A DNA stretch of 45,277 bases, from the NCBI GenBank assembly GCA_041657565.1, contig JBBABQ010000002.1:1-45277 (forward strand), written 5' to 3'. The position numbers and the translations under genes were made by a program. The stretch is from Minisyncoccota bacterium (GTDB lineage: Bacteria > Patescibacteriota > Minisyncoccia > Minisyncoccales > JAQTVQ01). Under the pieces are notes generated by a model. That model searched no databases. It had not been told where the DNA came from and was given only the letters and a program-made list of their open reading frames with translations. How positions within the stretch are numbered: the stretch's first letter is position 1; every line of letters begins with the position of its first letter. Positions 22,717 to 30,813 of this stretch are shown here, in pieces.

Positions 22717-23739
22717 ATGATAATAGAATCGATATTGGTACTCATTTTAATAGCTGCCTACAGCCTCATGGCTGTTTTGACCTTGTTTTCGAACCCAAAG
22801 AACAGAACCAACCAATCGTTCGCCTTGATGATGCTTTTTTTAATGCTTTGGAGCGCCAGCAATTATTACGAGAACGAACCGGTGGCGCGTTCTTTCGCTC
22901 CCTTGCTCCTTCGTTTTGATTTCGCTTTCGCGATCATGCTGGGCTTTTTTTTCTTCTTTTTCTGCCTCAATTTCCCCAAGCCGGGAAGCACTAGCCTCAA
23001 AAAGAAAATAGCGGCATTATTGCCGGCGTTAGCTCTCGCCGTCCTTTCTTTTGGGGATCTGGTCATAACAAATATCCGTTTTGACGAAGGGACGATAAAC
23101 AACGATGAAGGACCGCTTGGCCTTGTTTATTTCTTTTTTCTAGCTTTTTATATATTCGCCGGATGTTTGAAACTGGCCATGAGCCGCAGGAAGGCGACCG
23201 AGACCGAAAAGGTCCAGATATTTTATATCCTTTCCGGATTTTTCGTTTCGGGAACCATCGCTCTTATTTTCAATCAGCTTCTTCCGCTTTTTATGTTCGT
23301 TCCGATGGATATAGCGAGGATCGGTTTGTACGGAACCCTGATATTTTGCATTTCCGCTTCCGTTGCGATCTTGGAATACCACTTGTTCGAGATCAAACTT
23401 TTTTTAACTGAATTGTTGGTCGGGGGGATGGGGATAGCCCTCCTTCTTCTGCCTTTTTTGACAAACGATCCCAGTCTAAAGTTTTTAACTTCTTTGATAT
23501 TCCTTTTCCATTGTTTCTCCGGCTATCTTTTGATCAGGGCCACAAGAAAGGAAGTGAACGAGAAGCTTTATTTAGAGGAGAAGGTCCGCGAGCGTACAGA
23601 AGAGCTTGAACAGAGCAAGAAGGTCGCCGAGGACCGCGCCGCCGAGCTGGAGAAATGGTACAAGCTCACCATCGGCCGCGAGATGCGCATGGCCGAGTTG
23701 AAGGATAAAATAAAGGAAATGGAGGACAAAAAACTATGA
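22717..23739 (+). CDS. same family, paralog 4
   Basis: Tail 'ERTEELEQSKKVAEDRAAELEKWYKLTIGREMRMAELKDKIKEMEDKK'. Confidence 0.8.
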   Translation: MIIESILVLILIAAYSLMAVLTLFSNPKNRTNQSFALMMLFLMLWSASNYYENEPVARSFAPLLLRFDFAFAIMLGFFFFFFCLNFPKPGSTSLKKKIAALLPALALAVLSFGDLVITNIRFDEGTINNDEGPLGLVYFFFLAFYIFAGCLKLAMSRRKATETEKVQIFYILSGFFVSGTIALIFNQLLPLFMFVPMDIARIGLYGTLIFCISASVAILEYHLFEIKLFLTELLVGGMGIALLLLPFLTNDPSLKFLTSLIFLFHCFSGYLLIRATRKEVNEKLYLEEKVRERTEELEQSKKVAEDRAAELEKWYKLTIGREMRMAELKDKIKEMEDKKL

Positions 23740-24776
23740 TCAGCTATTTTGCTTTATCGGGCTTAATAAACGCCATATCGACGATTGTACTTGGCTCTTT
23801 TGTCTATCTAAAGAACAAAAGATCCCCAGTCTCCAAGACCTTCGCGGCTTTTTGTCTTAGCGTGGCCTCTTGGTCTTTCTTTTATTTCCTTTGGCTTTTC
23901 ATCGGGACAACCAAAGAATCGGCCCTTTTTTACTCCACTGCCTTAAACATGGGGGCGATATTCACTCCTTCGACCTTCCTCCATTTCGTAGTTGTCTTCT
24001 TGGGGATATACGAAAAAAAGAAGCCGATCATCATTTTCGGATACCTTTTCTCTTTTGTTATTTTCCTGACGGGTTTTTTCTCTTTGTTCGTAACCGGGGT
24101 CAGAACGCAAGGATCCATCGAATGGTATCCGATACCCGGACCGTCTTATCATCCTTTCCTTGTAATGTTTGCCGGTTATGTTATATACGGCTGGTATTTG
24201 ATGATAAAAACCCTCGATAAGGCCGCAGGCAAAAAAAATCTTCCGGTAATTTATATTTTGATCGGTTCGTTTGTCGGTTTTGCCGGAGGCTCAACGAATT
24301 TTTTAAATCTATATAATATTCCCATTCCGCCATACGGGAACGGCCTGGTTATTTTTATAGCCATTTTTACTTTCTTGGCGATTTCCAAATATCATCTCTT
24401 TGAGATCGGGGCCATATTAACGGAACTCCTGGTTATCATTATGGCCGGAGTTTCCCTTGTGGAGGCCTTGCTTTTCCAGGATCCCGGAAATAGGCTTTTT
24501 GGCTTGGGGGTTTTTGTTTTATTCTGTTTTTTAGGATATCTTTTGATAAGAAGCATGCAGAAAGAATTAGAAGCCAAAGACCTCCTGGAGCAGAAGGTCC
24601 AGGAGCGCACCAAAGAGCTCCAGGGTTCGAACGAAAAGCTGACAAAAACCTATGAAGAGCTTCAGGAGAGGCAAAAAGAGCTTGAAAAATGGTATAATCT
24701 TACCATTGGCCGGGAACTCCGCATGGCCGAGCTTAAAGAGAAAATAAAAGAGATAGAGGGGAAGGGCGGGAAATAG
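23736..24776 (+). CDS. same family, paralog 5
   Basis: ATGA overlap with paralog 4. Tail '...ERQKELEKWYNLTIGRELRMAELKEKIKEIEGK'. Confidence 0.8.
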   Translation: MISYFALSGLINAISTIVLGSFVYLKNKRSPVSKTFAAFCLSVASWSFFYFLWLFIGTTKESALFYSTALNMGAIFTPSTFLHFVVVFLGIYEKKKPIIIFGYLFSFVIFLTGFFSLFVTGVRTQGSIEWYPIPGPSYHPFLVMFAGYVIYGWYLMIKTLDKAAGKKNLPVIYILIGSFVGFAGGSTNFLNLYNIPIPPYGNGLVIFIAIFTFLAISKYHLFEIGAILTELLVIIMAGVSLVEALLFQDPGNRLFGLGVFVLFCFLGYLLIRSMQKELEAKDLLEQKVQERTKELQGSNEKLTKTYEELQERQKELEKWYNLTIGRELRMAELKEKIKEIEGKGGK

Positions 24777-24845
24777 GTTTTTGCTATTTTTAAGAATTGG
24801 CCTAATTCATAAGCCGGAATATAATAATAAAATATCAATATCAAT

Positions 24846-25118
24846 ATGAAAACAATAGCCGCAATGATCATTTTTTTAAGCTCGTTCTTCTTGCTTAAAA
24901 ATCTCGGCATAATACAAGTCGATTTTGATTTTTGGGGAGTGTTCTGGCCGTTGATCTTCCTAACCATCGGTTTGAAGATCCTTTTTAGCTCAAAGCCGGA
25001 GAGGAAATATACCGCTTGGGGATGGGGAGCCGGTCCCAGGTTCGACCAGAGAGATCAGGGTTGCGACTGCGAAAAACCCGATTGCAGCTGCAAGAATAGC
25101 GGAGATGATCATTCTTAA
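24846..25118 (+). CDS. small 2-TM membrane protein (LiaF/LiaI-like TM region) with Cys-rich acidic tail
   Basis: 'FFLLKNLGII...FWGVFWPLIFLTIGLKILF', then 'DQGCDCEKPDCSCKNSGDD'. Confidence 0.6.
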   Translation: MKTIAAMIIFLSSFFLLKNLGIIQVDFDFWGVFWPLIFLTIGLKILFSSKPERKYTAWGWGAGPRFDQRDQGCDCEKPDCSCKNSGDDHS

Positions 25119-25150
25119 TAGCCGCATGCTTGCGGTATGTTCAAACATAT

Positions 25151-25402
25151 ATGGAAGAGGAAAAATTCAATAGAGAAGAGTTTAAAGTTTCCGGGGACCA
25201 GCTGGTCGCCAAGATCAAACAGCTGGTCAACGAAGGAAACGTCCGCCGGATCATAATAAAAAAGGAGGGCGGGGAGACCTTGATGGAGCTTCCTTTGACC
25301 GTGGCGGTTGTCGGTACGGTTTTTGCTCCCATACTGGCAGCTGTCGGCGCGCTGGCGGCTTTGGTCGCGAATTGTACGATCATAGTCGAAAGGAAGAAGT
25401 AA
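25151..25402 (+). CDS. DUF4342-like small membrane-associated protein
   Basis: 'FKVSGDQLVAKIKQLVNEGNVRRIIIKKEGGETLMELPLTVAVVGTVFAPILAAVGALAAL'. The ATG at 25151 is preferred over the TTG at 25130. Confidence 0.7.
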   Translation: MEEEKFNREEFKVSGDQLVAKIKQLVNEGNVRRIIIKKEGGETLMELPLTVAVVGTVFAPILAAVGALAALVANCTIIVERKK

Positions 25403-25427
25403 AGCTTTGGCAGCTTTTTAGCATTCG

Positions 25428-25457
25428 CCCCCTGCTTCAACGGCAGGGGGTTTTGTT
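25428..25457 (+). terminator. rho-independent terminator
   Basis: Stem CCCCCTGC/GCAGGGGG with a 7-nt loop, then a T-rich tract. Confidence 0.8.
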
Positions 25458-25465
25458 TGAGGATT

Positions 25466-25494
25466 TTACTTGGAAATAAAAAAAATGTTATAAT
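25466..25494 (+). promoter_or_regulatory. promoter of the HIT gene (TTACTT-17-TGtTATAAT); implies a leaderless mRNA
   Basis: The -10 element ends 6 nt before the ATG at 25501. Confidence 0.45.
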
Positions 25495-25500
25495 CCCATT

Positions 25501-25917
25501 ATGGAAAATTGCACTTTTTGCAAAATAATCAATGGAGAGATCCCGGTCGCTAAAATTTACGAGGATGAAAAGGTTTTCGCTTTTTTAGAGCTGAACCCTT
25601 TGGCCAAAGGGCATACGCTTTTAATACCCAAAAAACACGCCCGGGATATTTTTGATATCGACCAGGAAGACCTGATGAGCATTGCTTTGGCGGCGCAAAA
25701 AATATCTTTGAGGCTGACAGAGGTTTTGGGAGCGGAAGGCGTCAATTTGGTGCAGAGAAGCGGAAAGGCGGCGGAACAGGGCGTTTTTCATTTTCATTTG
25801 CATATCATCCCGCGGAAAAAGAACGACATGATAAATATGGACGGATGGTGGTTCGAAAAGGCCGAACCGGCTTCTTTTGAAGACCTGCAAGCGGCGGCCG
25901 AGAAGATCCGCTGGTAA
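25501..25917 (+). CDS. HIT-family (histidine triad) nucleotide hydrolase
   Basis: 'HFHLHIIP' histidine triad and an N-terminal 'CTFCKI' zinc-like motif. Confidence 0.9.
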   Translation: MENCTFCKIINGEIPVAKIYEDEKVFAFLELNPLAKGHTLLIPKKHARDIFDIDQEDLMSIALAAQKISLRLTEVLGAEGVNLVQRSGKAAEQGVFHFHLHIIPRKKNDMINMDGWWFEKAEPASFEDLQAAAEKIRW

Positions 25918-25951
25918 AAATTGTTGATTTGGTATATTTTATATAAAAAAT

Positions 25952-27454
25952 ATGAAGATCATCCTAAAGAAGCCGGCAAAAAAAATCGAAAGTATCAAGA
26001 AAGGAAAAGCCTCGCCGAAAGGATCGGCCGGGAAAGTTAGAATTGCAGCCAAAACGATCGTTAAAGAAAAGAAAAAAGAGGCCAAGGAGAAGGCGAGAAT
26101 AAAGAAGACCGTCGAGCGGAAAGCCCCCCAGCCGAAAGTCCAGCCCGTTAGAATCGCAGTCAAAAATGCGGCTGTTAAAATTCCGACCAGCCAAGCAGTA
26201 GAGGGAAAAGAAGGGGATGTCGATGTAAAAAAGGTAGAGGTCAGGGTCATAGGAATAGGCGGCGGCGGAGGAAATATAGTTTCCGAACTGTCCCAGAGAC
26301 TGGACGGTTTTTCTTTGAAAAAGATAGATTTTATCGCTGCCAATACCGACATGCAAGCCCTTGAAGCGATAAATAAAAGAGCCGAGACATTTGCTTTTGG
26401 CAAGGAATTTACCAGGGGTCTTGGTACGGGCCGTAATTTTTCGATGGGAGAGGCGGCAGCCAGAAAGGAAGAAGAAAGGATAAAAGAGCTGTTTTTGGAA
26501 AAGAAAGATATGTTCATCCTCGTGTCCTCTTTGGGCGGAGGCACCGGTACGGGAGCCACTCCTGTTTTTGCCAAGATCGCCAGCGATACCAGCGCGAAAA
26601 CTTTGGGGATATTTACTTTGCCATTCGCGTTCGAGGGCAAAGAGAAATTAAAAACAGCTCAAGAGGCGCTGGAGAAGATCCAAGCCAGCATGAACGCCGT
26701 TTTGGTCATTCCTAATGATAAAATATTCAAAATAACCAAAGAAGACACGCCCTTCCATTCCGCTCTTTCCCTTTTGAACAAACATATCGCCAGCTCGCTT
26801 GAAGGGCTTTTGAAAATAATTTATTTGCCCGGCCTTATCAATATCGATTGGGCCGATGTCAAGGCGACCTTGGAGGGCAAGGGCAAGTCCGCTTATCTTA
26901 ACGTCGCTCAGCTTTCCGGGAAGGACAATCTGGATGAATTTTCGAAGAACCTTTTAGCCGATCCTATTTTGGATTATAATTTTTCCCAAGCGGAGAGCAT
27001 TCTTTTCAATATAGAAAGTTCTAAAAATATTTCGCTGGAGCAAATGATGGCCGTCAGCGAAAGAATACATTCGGCCGCTCCGCAGGCGAAGATAATCTTC
27101 GGCCTTTCCCAGTCTCCGGCGATGAAGGGGGCTATCAAAGCGACGATCTTGGCCACAGGCAACAGCAGCACCCGGAGCCAAAGGGCTGCACCTCAAAGAT
27201 CGCCATCCCGCAAAAAGAACCGGAAGATCCCGGCGGACGCTTTTGGGCCAAAACAAAAGATCGGCCAGCCTGGGACGGAGGGAACCGGCCAGGTCCAAGC
27301 GGATGCTGGTCCGGAGATCAAAGCGCAATTAAGGAGAAATGCCATTGAAGTGAAAAAAGCAGAGAAGGAACAGACGGAGAGAGAAGAAGAGAAGGAGAAG
27401 ATATTTGAGATACCGGCTTTTTTGCGAAGAGGCCCGAAATCGGACGATAGATGA
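25952..27454 (+). CDS. ftsZ: cell division GTPase FtsZ with ~95-aa Lys-rich N-terminal extension
   Basis: 'GIGGGGGNIV', 'ANTDMQAL', 'GLGTG', 'GGGTGTGATPV' and the C-terminal peptide 'IFEIPAFLRR'. Confidence 0.9.
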   Translation: MKIILKKPAKKIESIKKGKASPKGSAGKVRIAAKTIVKEKKKEAKEKARIKKTVERKAPQPKVQPVRIAVKNAAVKIPTSQAVEGKEGDVDVKKVEVRVIGIGGGGGNIVSELSQRLDGFSLKKIDFIAANTDMQALEAINKRAETFAFGKEFTRGLGTGRNFSMGEAAARKEEERIKELFLEKKDMFILVSSLGGGTGTGATPVFAKIASDTSAKTLGIFTLPFAFEGKEKLKTAQEALEKIQASMNAVLVIPNDKIFKITKEDTPFHSALSLLNKHIASSLEGLLKIIYLPGLINIDWADVKATLEGKGKSAYLNVAQLSGKDNLDEFSKNLLADPILDYNFSQAESILFNIESSKNISLEQMMAVSERIHSAAPQAKIIFGLSQSPAMKGAIKATILATGNSSTRSQRAAPQRSPSRKKNRKIPADAFGPKQKIGQPGTEGTGQVQADAGPEIKAQLRRNAIEVKKAEKEQTEREEEKEKIFEIPAFLRRGPKSDDR

Positions 27455-27556
27455 TCTTCACAGCATCCGGGAAATATTTAAAATCTTAAAAGCCATCCCG
27501 ATCTTTCAAGGGAAGGCAGTCTCAATAATCAGTCAGAATCAGACAATCAAAGACCT

Positions 27557-28447
27557 ATGCAAAAACAAACAGTAAAAAAAGCGGTTTTTCCCATAGCCGG
27601 GCTGGCGACAAGATTCTTGCCATTGTCCAAGGTCGTTTCCAAGGAATTGATCCCTTTGGTCGATAAGCCGCTGATCCATTATACGGTAAAAGAAGCGGTG
27701 GATGCCGGGATAAAAGAGATAATCTTTGTGACCCGTCCCAAGCAGAAAGATGTTTTGCAGTATTTCCAGCCGGACCCGAAACTTGAGAAGATACTTGAGG
27801 ACAAGAAAAAGATCGAAGAGCTGGAAGCCCTGAAAGAGATAAGAGAGATGGCCAGGGGAGTTACTTTTTCTTTTGCCATCCAAAAGGGTCCGTTCGGCGA
27901 CGGCGATGCCATCTATCAGGCAAAAAATCTTGTCGGGGATGAGCCTTTCGCAGTTTTCTTTTGTGACGATATGATAGATTCAGAAGTTCCCGCCATATCG
28001 CAGATGATGGAGGTTTTCCAAACCTGCCAGCGTCCCGTGATAGCGCTCAATAAGCTCCCGCCGGAAAAACTTTATCATTACGGGGTCGCTGATGTGGAAA
28101 AAATAGCCAATTGCTTTTATAAGATAAAAAATATAGTCGAAAAACCCAAAGAAGGGCAGGCTCCTTCCGACCTGGCGATCGTTGGCCGCTTGATCTTGAC
28201 CCCTGATGTTTTTGCTTACCTTAAACCGAATAAAAAAGTTCAAAAAGGCCATGATGTCTCTTTGTTGATCCCCACTCTGGGAAAAATGGCGATGGATGGA
28301 AAAGGGGTCTATGGCTATGAGTTCAAAGGAGAGTGGCTTGAGTGCGGGGATAAGCTTAGGTGGATATATTCTTTTCTTCATTTTGCGATCAAACATCCGA
28401 GCTTGGGCGAGGATGTCAAAGCTTGTTTAAGAAAGCTGAGACCGTAA
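27557..28447 (+). CDS. galU: UTP--glucose-1-phosphate uridylyltransferase
   Basis: 'AVFPIAGLATRFLPLSKVVSKELIPLVDKPLIHY' N-terminal signature. Confidence 0.85.
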   Translation: MQKQTVKKAVFPIAGLATRFLPLSKVVSKELIPLVDKPLIHYTVKEAVDAGIKEIIFVTRPKQKDVLQYFQPDPKLEKILEDKKKIEELEALKEIREMARGVTFSFAIQKGPFGDGDAIYQAKNLVGDEPFAVFFCDDMIDSEVPAISQMMEVFQTCQRPVIALNKLPPEKLYHYGVADVEKIANCFYKIKNIVEKPKEGQAPSDLAIVGRLILTPDVFAYLKPNKKVQKGHDVSLLIPTLGKMAMDGKGVYGYEFKGEWLECGDKLRWIYSFLHFAIKHPSLGEDVKACLRKLRP

Positions 28448-28450
28448 ATA

Positions 28451-29392
28451 ATGGAAATCCGAGATCTTATTATCATCGGCGGCGGCCCGGCCGGGATAAC
28501 CGCCGGGATCTATTCCGCAAGGCAGAAGATGAATGTTCTTTTGGTGGCTAAAAATTTTGGCGGCCAGATAATGCGTAAAGCGGTAGGGATAGAAAATTAT
28601 CCGGGATTTCCGCAGATATCAAGCTTGGATCTGATACAAAAACTTGAAGAGCATTTGGAGCAATATAAAATTCCCGTTGAATTCGAAGAAGTAGCCGAAC
28701 TGACGAAGTCAGACGGCTATTTTTTTATTAAGACCAAGGACCAAAATGAATTTCGGTCCAAAGCTGTAATAGTAGCTTCCGGCGCGATCCCGAGGTCGTT
28801 GAACGTTCCGGGAGAAAAAGAATTCGTTGGCAGGGGAGTAAGCTATTGCACGGCCTGCGACGGGCCGATTTTTAACAATAAAAACGTAGCGGTCGTCGGC
28901 GGCGGCAACGCGGGATTTGAAACGGCTATTTTTATGACCGGCTACGCGTCAAAGGTTTATATATTGGAGAATGGGCCAGCGGCGCGGGCGGACGCCTTCA
29001 ACCAAGAAAAAGTCCGGGCGTCGGAAAAAATAGAGCTGATAATGAACGCCGAGATCAAAGAGATCGCCGGCGGGAAGATGGTGGATAAATTGGTCTACAA
29101 AGATAAAACGGACGGCGAAGAAAAGAGTATCAGCGTGGAAGGGATATTTATGGAGGTAGGTTATCAGCCCGCTTCGGCGTTTTTAGGAGGAGATCTGGCC
29201 GATTTTAACGAGAGAAGGGAGATCGAGGTCGATTTTGAGACATTCGCGACCAAGACGCCGGGATTGTTCGCGGCCGGAGATGTTAATTCCGGAAAACACA
29301 AACAGATAATAATCGCTTCCGGCCAGGGAGCGAAAGCGGCTTTGGAAGCCTATAAATATTTGCAAGAGAAGGAAAAAGAAAATAAAATATAA
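28451..29392 (+). CDS. trxB: thioredoxin-disulfide reductase
   Basis: 'IIIGGGPAGITAG', redox-active 'CTACDG', 'VVGGGNAG' and 'GLFAAGD'. Confidence 0.9.
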   Translation: MEIRDLIIIGGGPAGITAGIYSARQKMNVLLVAKNFGGQIMRKAVGIENYPGFPQISSLDLIQKLEEHLEQYKIPVEFEEVAELTKSDGYFFIKTKDQNEFRSKAVIVASGAIPRSLNVPGEKEFVGRGVSYCTACDGPIFNNKNVAVVGGGNAGFETAIFMTGYASKVYILENGPAARADAFNQEKVRASEKIELIMNAEIKEIAGGKMVDKLVYKDKTDGEEKSISVEGIFMEVGYQPASAFLGGDLADFNERREIEVDFETFATKTPGLFAAGDVNSGKHKQIIIASGQGAKAALEAYKYLQEKEKENKI

Positions 29393-29418
29393 GCATGAGC
29401 TGTTTTATTTTTAAAATT

Positions 29419-29535
29419 TCCAATGCCCAAATCCCAATGCCCAATAAAATTCCAAGCCCCAATGACCAATTATCCCGTTTGGGATTTTGGATATTGGGAT
29501 TTGATTGGTCATTGGATATTGGGATTTAGGATTTA
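29419..29535 (+). repeat. long imperfect hairpin built from CCAATG(A/C)CCAA-type words (element A)
   Basis: The left arm is C/A-rich ('CCAATGCCCAAATCCCAATGCCCAATAAAAT..CCCCAATGACCAAT'). The right arm is its G/T-rich approximate complement ('GGGATTTTGGATATTGGGATTTGATTGGTCATTGG...'). It ends 15 nt before the eno ATG. Confidence 0.75.
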
Positions 29536-29550
29536 ATTAAGTTAATTATC

Positions 29551-30795
29551 ATGAAAATACTATCTTTAACAGCTAGAGAAATTTTAGACTCCAGGGCTAA
29601 TCCCACAGTTGAGGTCGAACTTAAAACGGAAAAAGGCGTATTTGTCGCCGGCGCCCCTTCCGGCGCTTCGACCGGAGAACACGAGGCGTGTGAGCTAAGG
29701 GACGGAGGCGTCGGCCGCGGCGGTTTGGGAGTTTTGAACGCCGTAAAAAATGTCGAGGATATAATCGCTCCGAAAATTTTAGGCCAGGCCATCGAATCCC
29801 AAAACCAGGCTGACCGCATCATGCTAGATCTTGATGGTACCGAGAACAAGTCGAAATTGGGAGCCAACGCCATAGTCGCCGTGTCTATGGCTGTCTCCCG
29901 GGCTCTAGCCGCGGAGAACGGAGTTCCGCTTTATCGATATCTTAATACGGTTTTTAATCAAAAAAGAAAGCAAACGCTGTCTTTGCCCAGGCCCTGCTTC
30001 AACGTGATAAACGGAGGGGCGCATGCGGGGAACGATCTGGACGTTCAGGAATTTATGCTGGTCCCGCAAGCCGGTTCTTTCGCGGAGAATTTGGAAATAG
30101 GCGCCGAAGTTTACAGAAGTTTGAAAATGGCCCTTAAGGAAAAGATAGGACCCGCGGCTACGAACGTCGGCGATGAAGGGGGGTTTGCCCCGTCTTTGCG
30201 CTATCCGGAACAGGCGCTGGATTTTATTTCCGATGCCGTTCAAAAATCAGGGATGCAGGAAAAGGTCAAATTCATTTTGGATGTGGCGGCTTCGCAGTTT
30301 TTCAAGGAAGATATGTACAAGACCCAAATGGATACGTTCACCAGAGAGGGACTGGCCAATTATTATTTGGACCTCATTTCCAAATATCCGATCATCGGAT
30401 TGGAAGATCCTTTTGCTGAAGATGATTTCGAGGGCTGGCAGATGATCAAATCAAAAGTGGACGAAAGGGGCCTCAAAGTAACGATCGTTGGGGATGACCT
30501 GACGGTGACCAATCCGAAAAGAATAGTTCTTGCCCAAGAGAGAAAAGCTTGCGACGGGATGATAATCAAGGTCAATCAGATCGGGACCGTTTCTGAGGCG
30601 ATGGAAGCGGTAGATCTGGCTAAGGAATTCGGCTGGAAAGTAATGATCTCCCATAGGTCCGGAGAGACGTGCGACGATTTCATCGCCGATCTTGCTGTCG
30701 GCGTAGGCGCTGATCTTATCAAATCGGGCGCTCCGGCCAGGGGCGAAAGGGGCGCTAAATACAACCGTTTGGCAAAGATAGAAAAAGAGCTTTAA
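29551..30795 (+). CDS. eno: enolase
   Basis: 'REILDSRANPTVEVEL' and 'SHRSGETCDDFIADLAVG'. Confidence 0.95.
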   Translation: MKILSLTAREILDSRANPTVEVELKTEKGVFVAGAPSGASTGEHEACELRDGGVGRGGLGVLNAVKNVEDIIAPKILGQAIESQNQADRIMLDLDGTENKSKLGANAIVAVSMAVSRALAAENGVPLYRYLNTVFNQKRKQTLSLPRPCFNVINGGAHAGNDLDVQEFMLVPQAGSFAENLEIGAEVYRSLKMALKEKIGPAATNVGDEGGFAPSLRYPEQALDFISDAVQKSGMQEKVKFILDVAASQFFKEDMYKTQMDTFTREGLANYYLDLISKYPIIGLEDPFAEDDFEGWQMIKSKVDERGLKVTIVGDDLTVTNPKRIVLAQERKACDGMIIKVNQIGTVSEAMEAVDLAKEFGWKVMISHRSGETCDDFIADLAVGVGADLIKSGAPARGERGAKYNRLAKIEKEL

Positions 30796-30813
30796 AAAAA
30801 ATAACAGAACATA

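Noticed and set aside
25939-26640. 233-aa minus-strand ORF
   Set aside because: It is antisense to the ftsZ 5' region. It is a low-complexity mirror of the Lys-rich extension.
29419-29535. Possible CRISPR array or telomere-like repeat suggested by the reiterated CCAATGNCCAA words
   Set aside because: There is no regular repeat-spacer periodicity. The two halves are complementary, so this is a hairpin. No cas genes are in the window.
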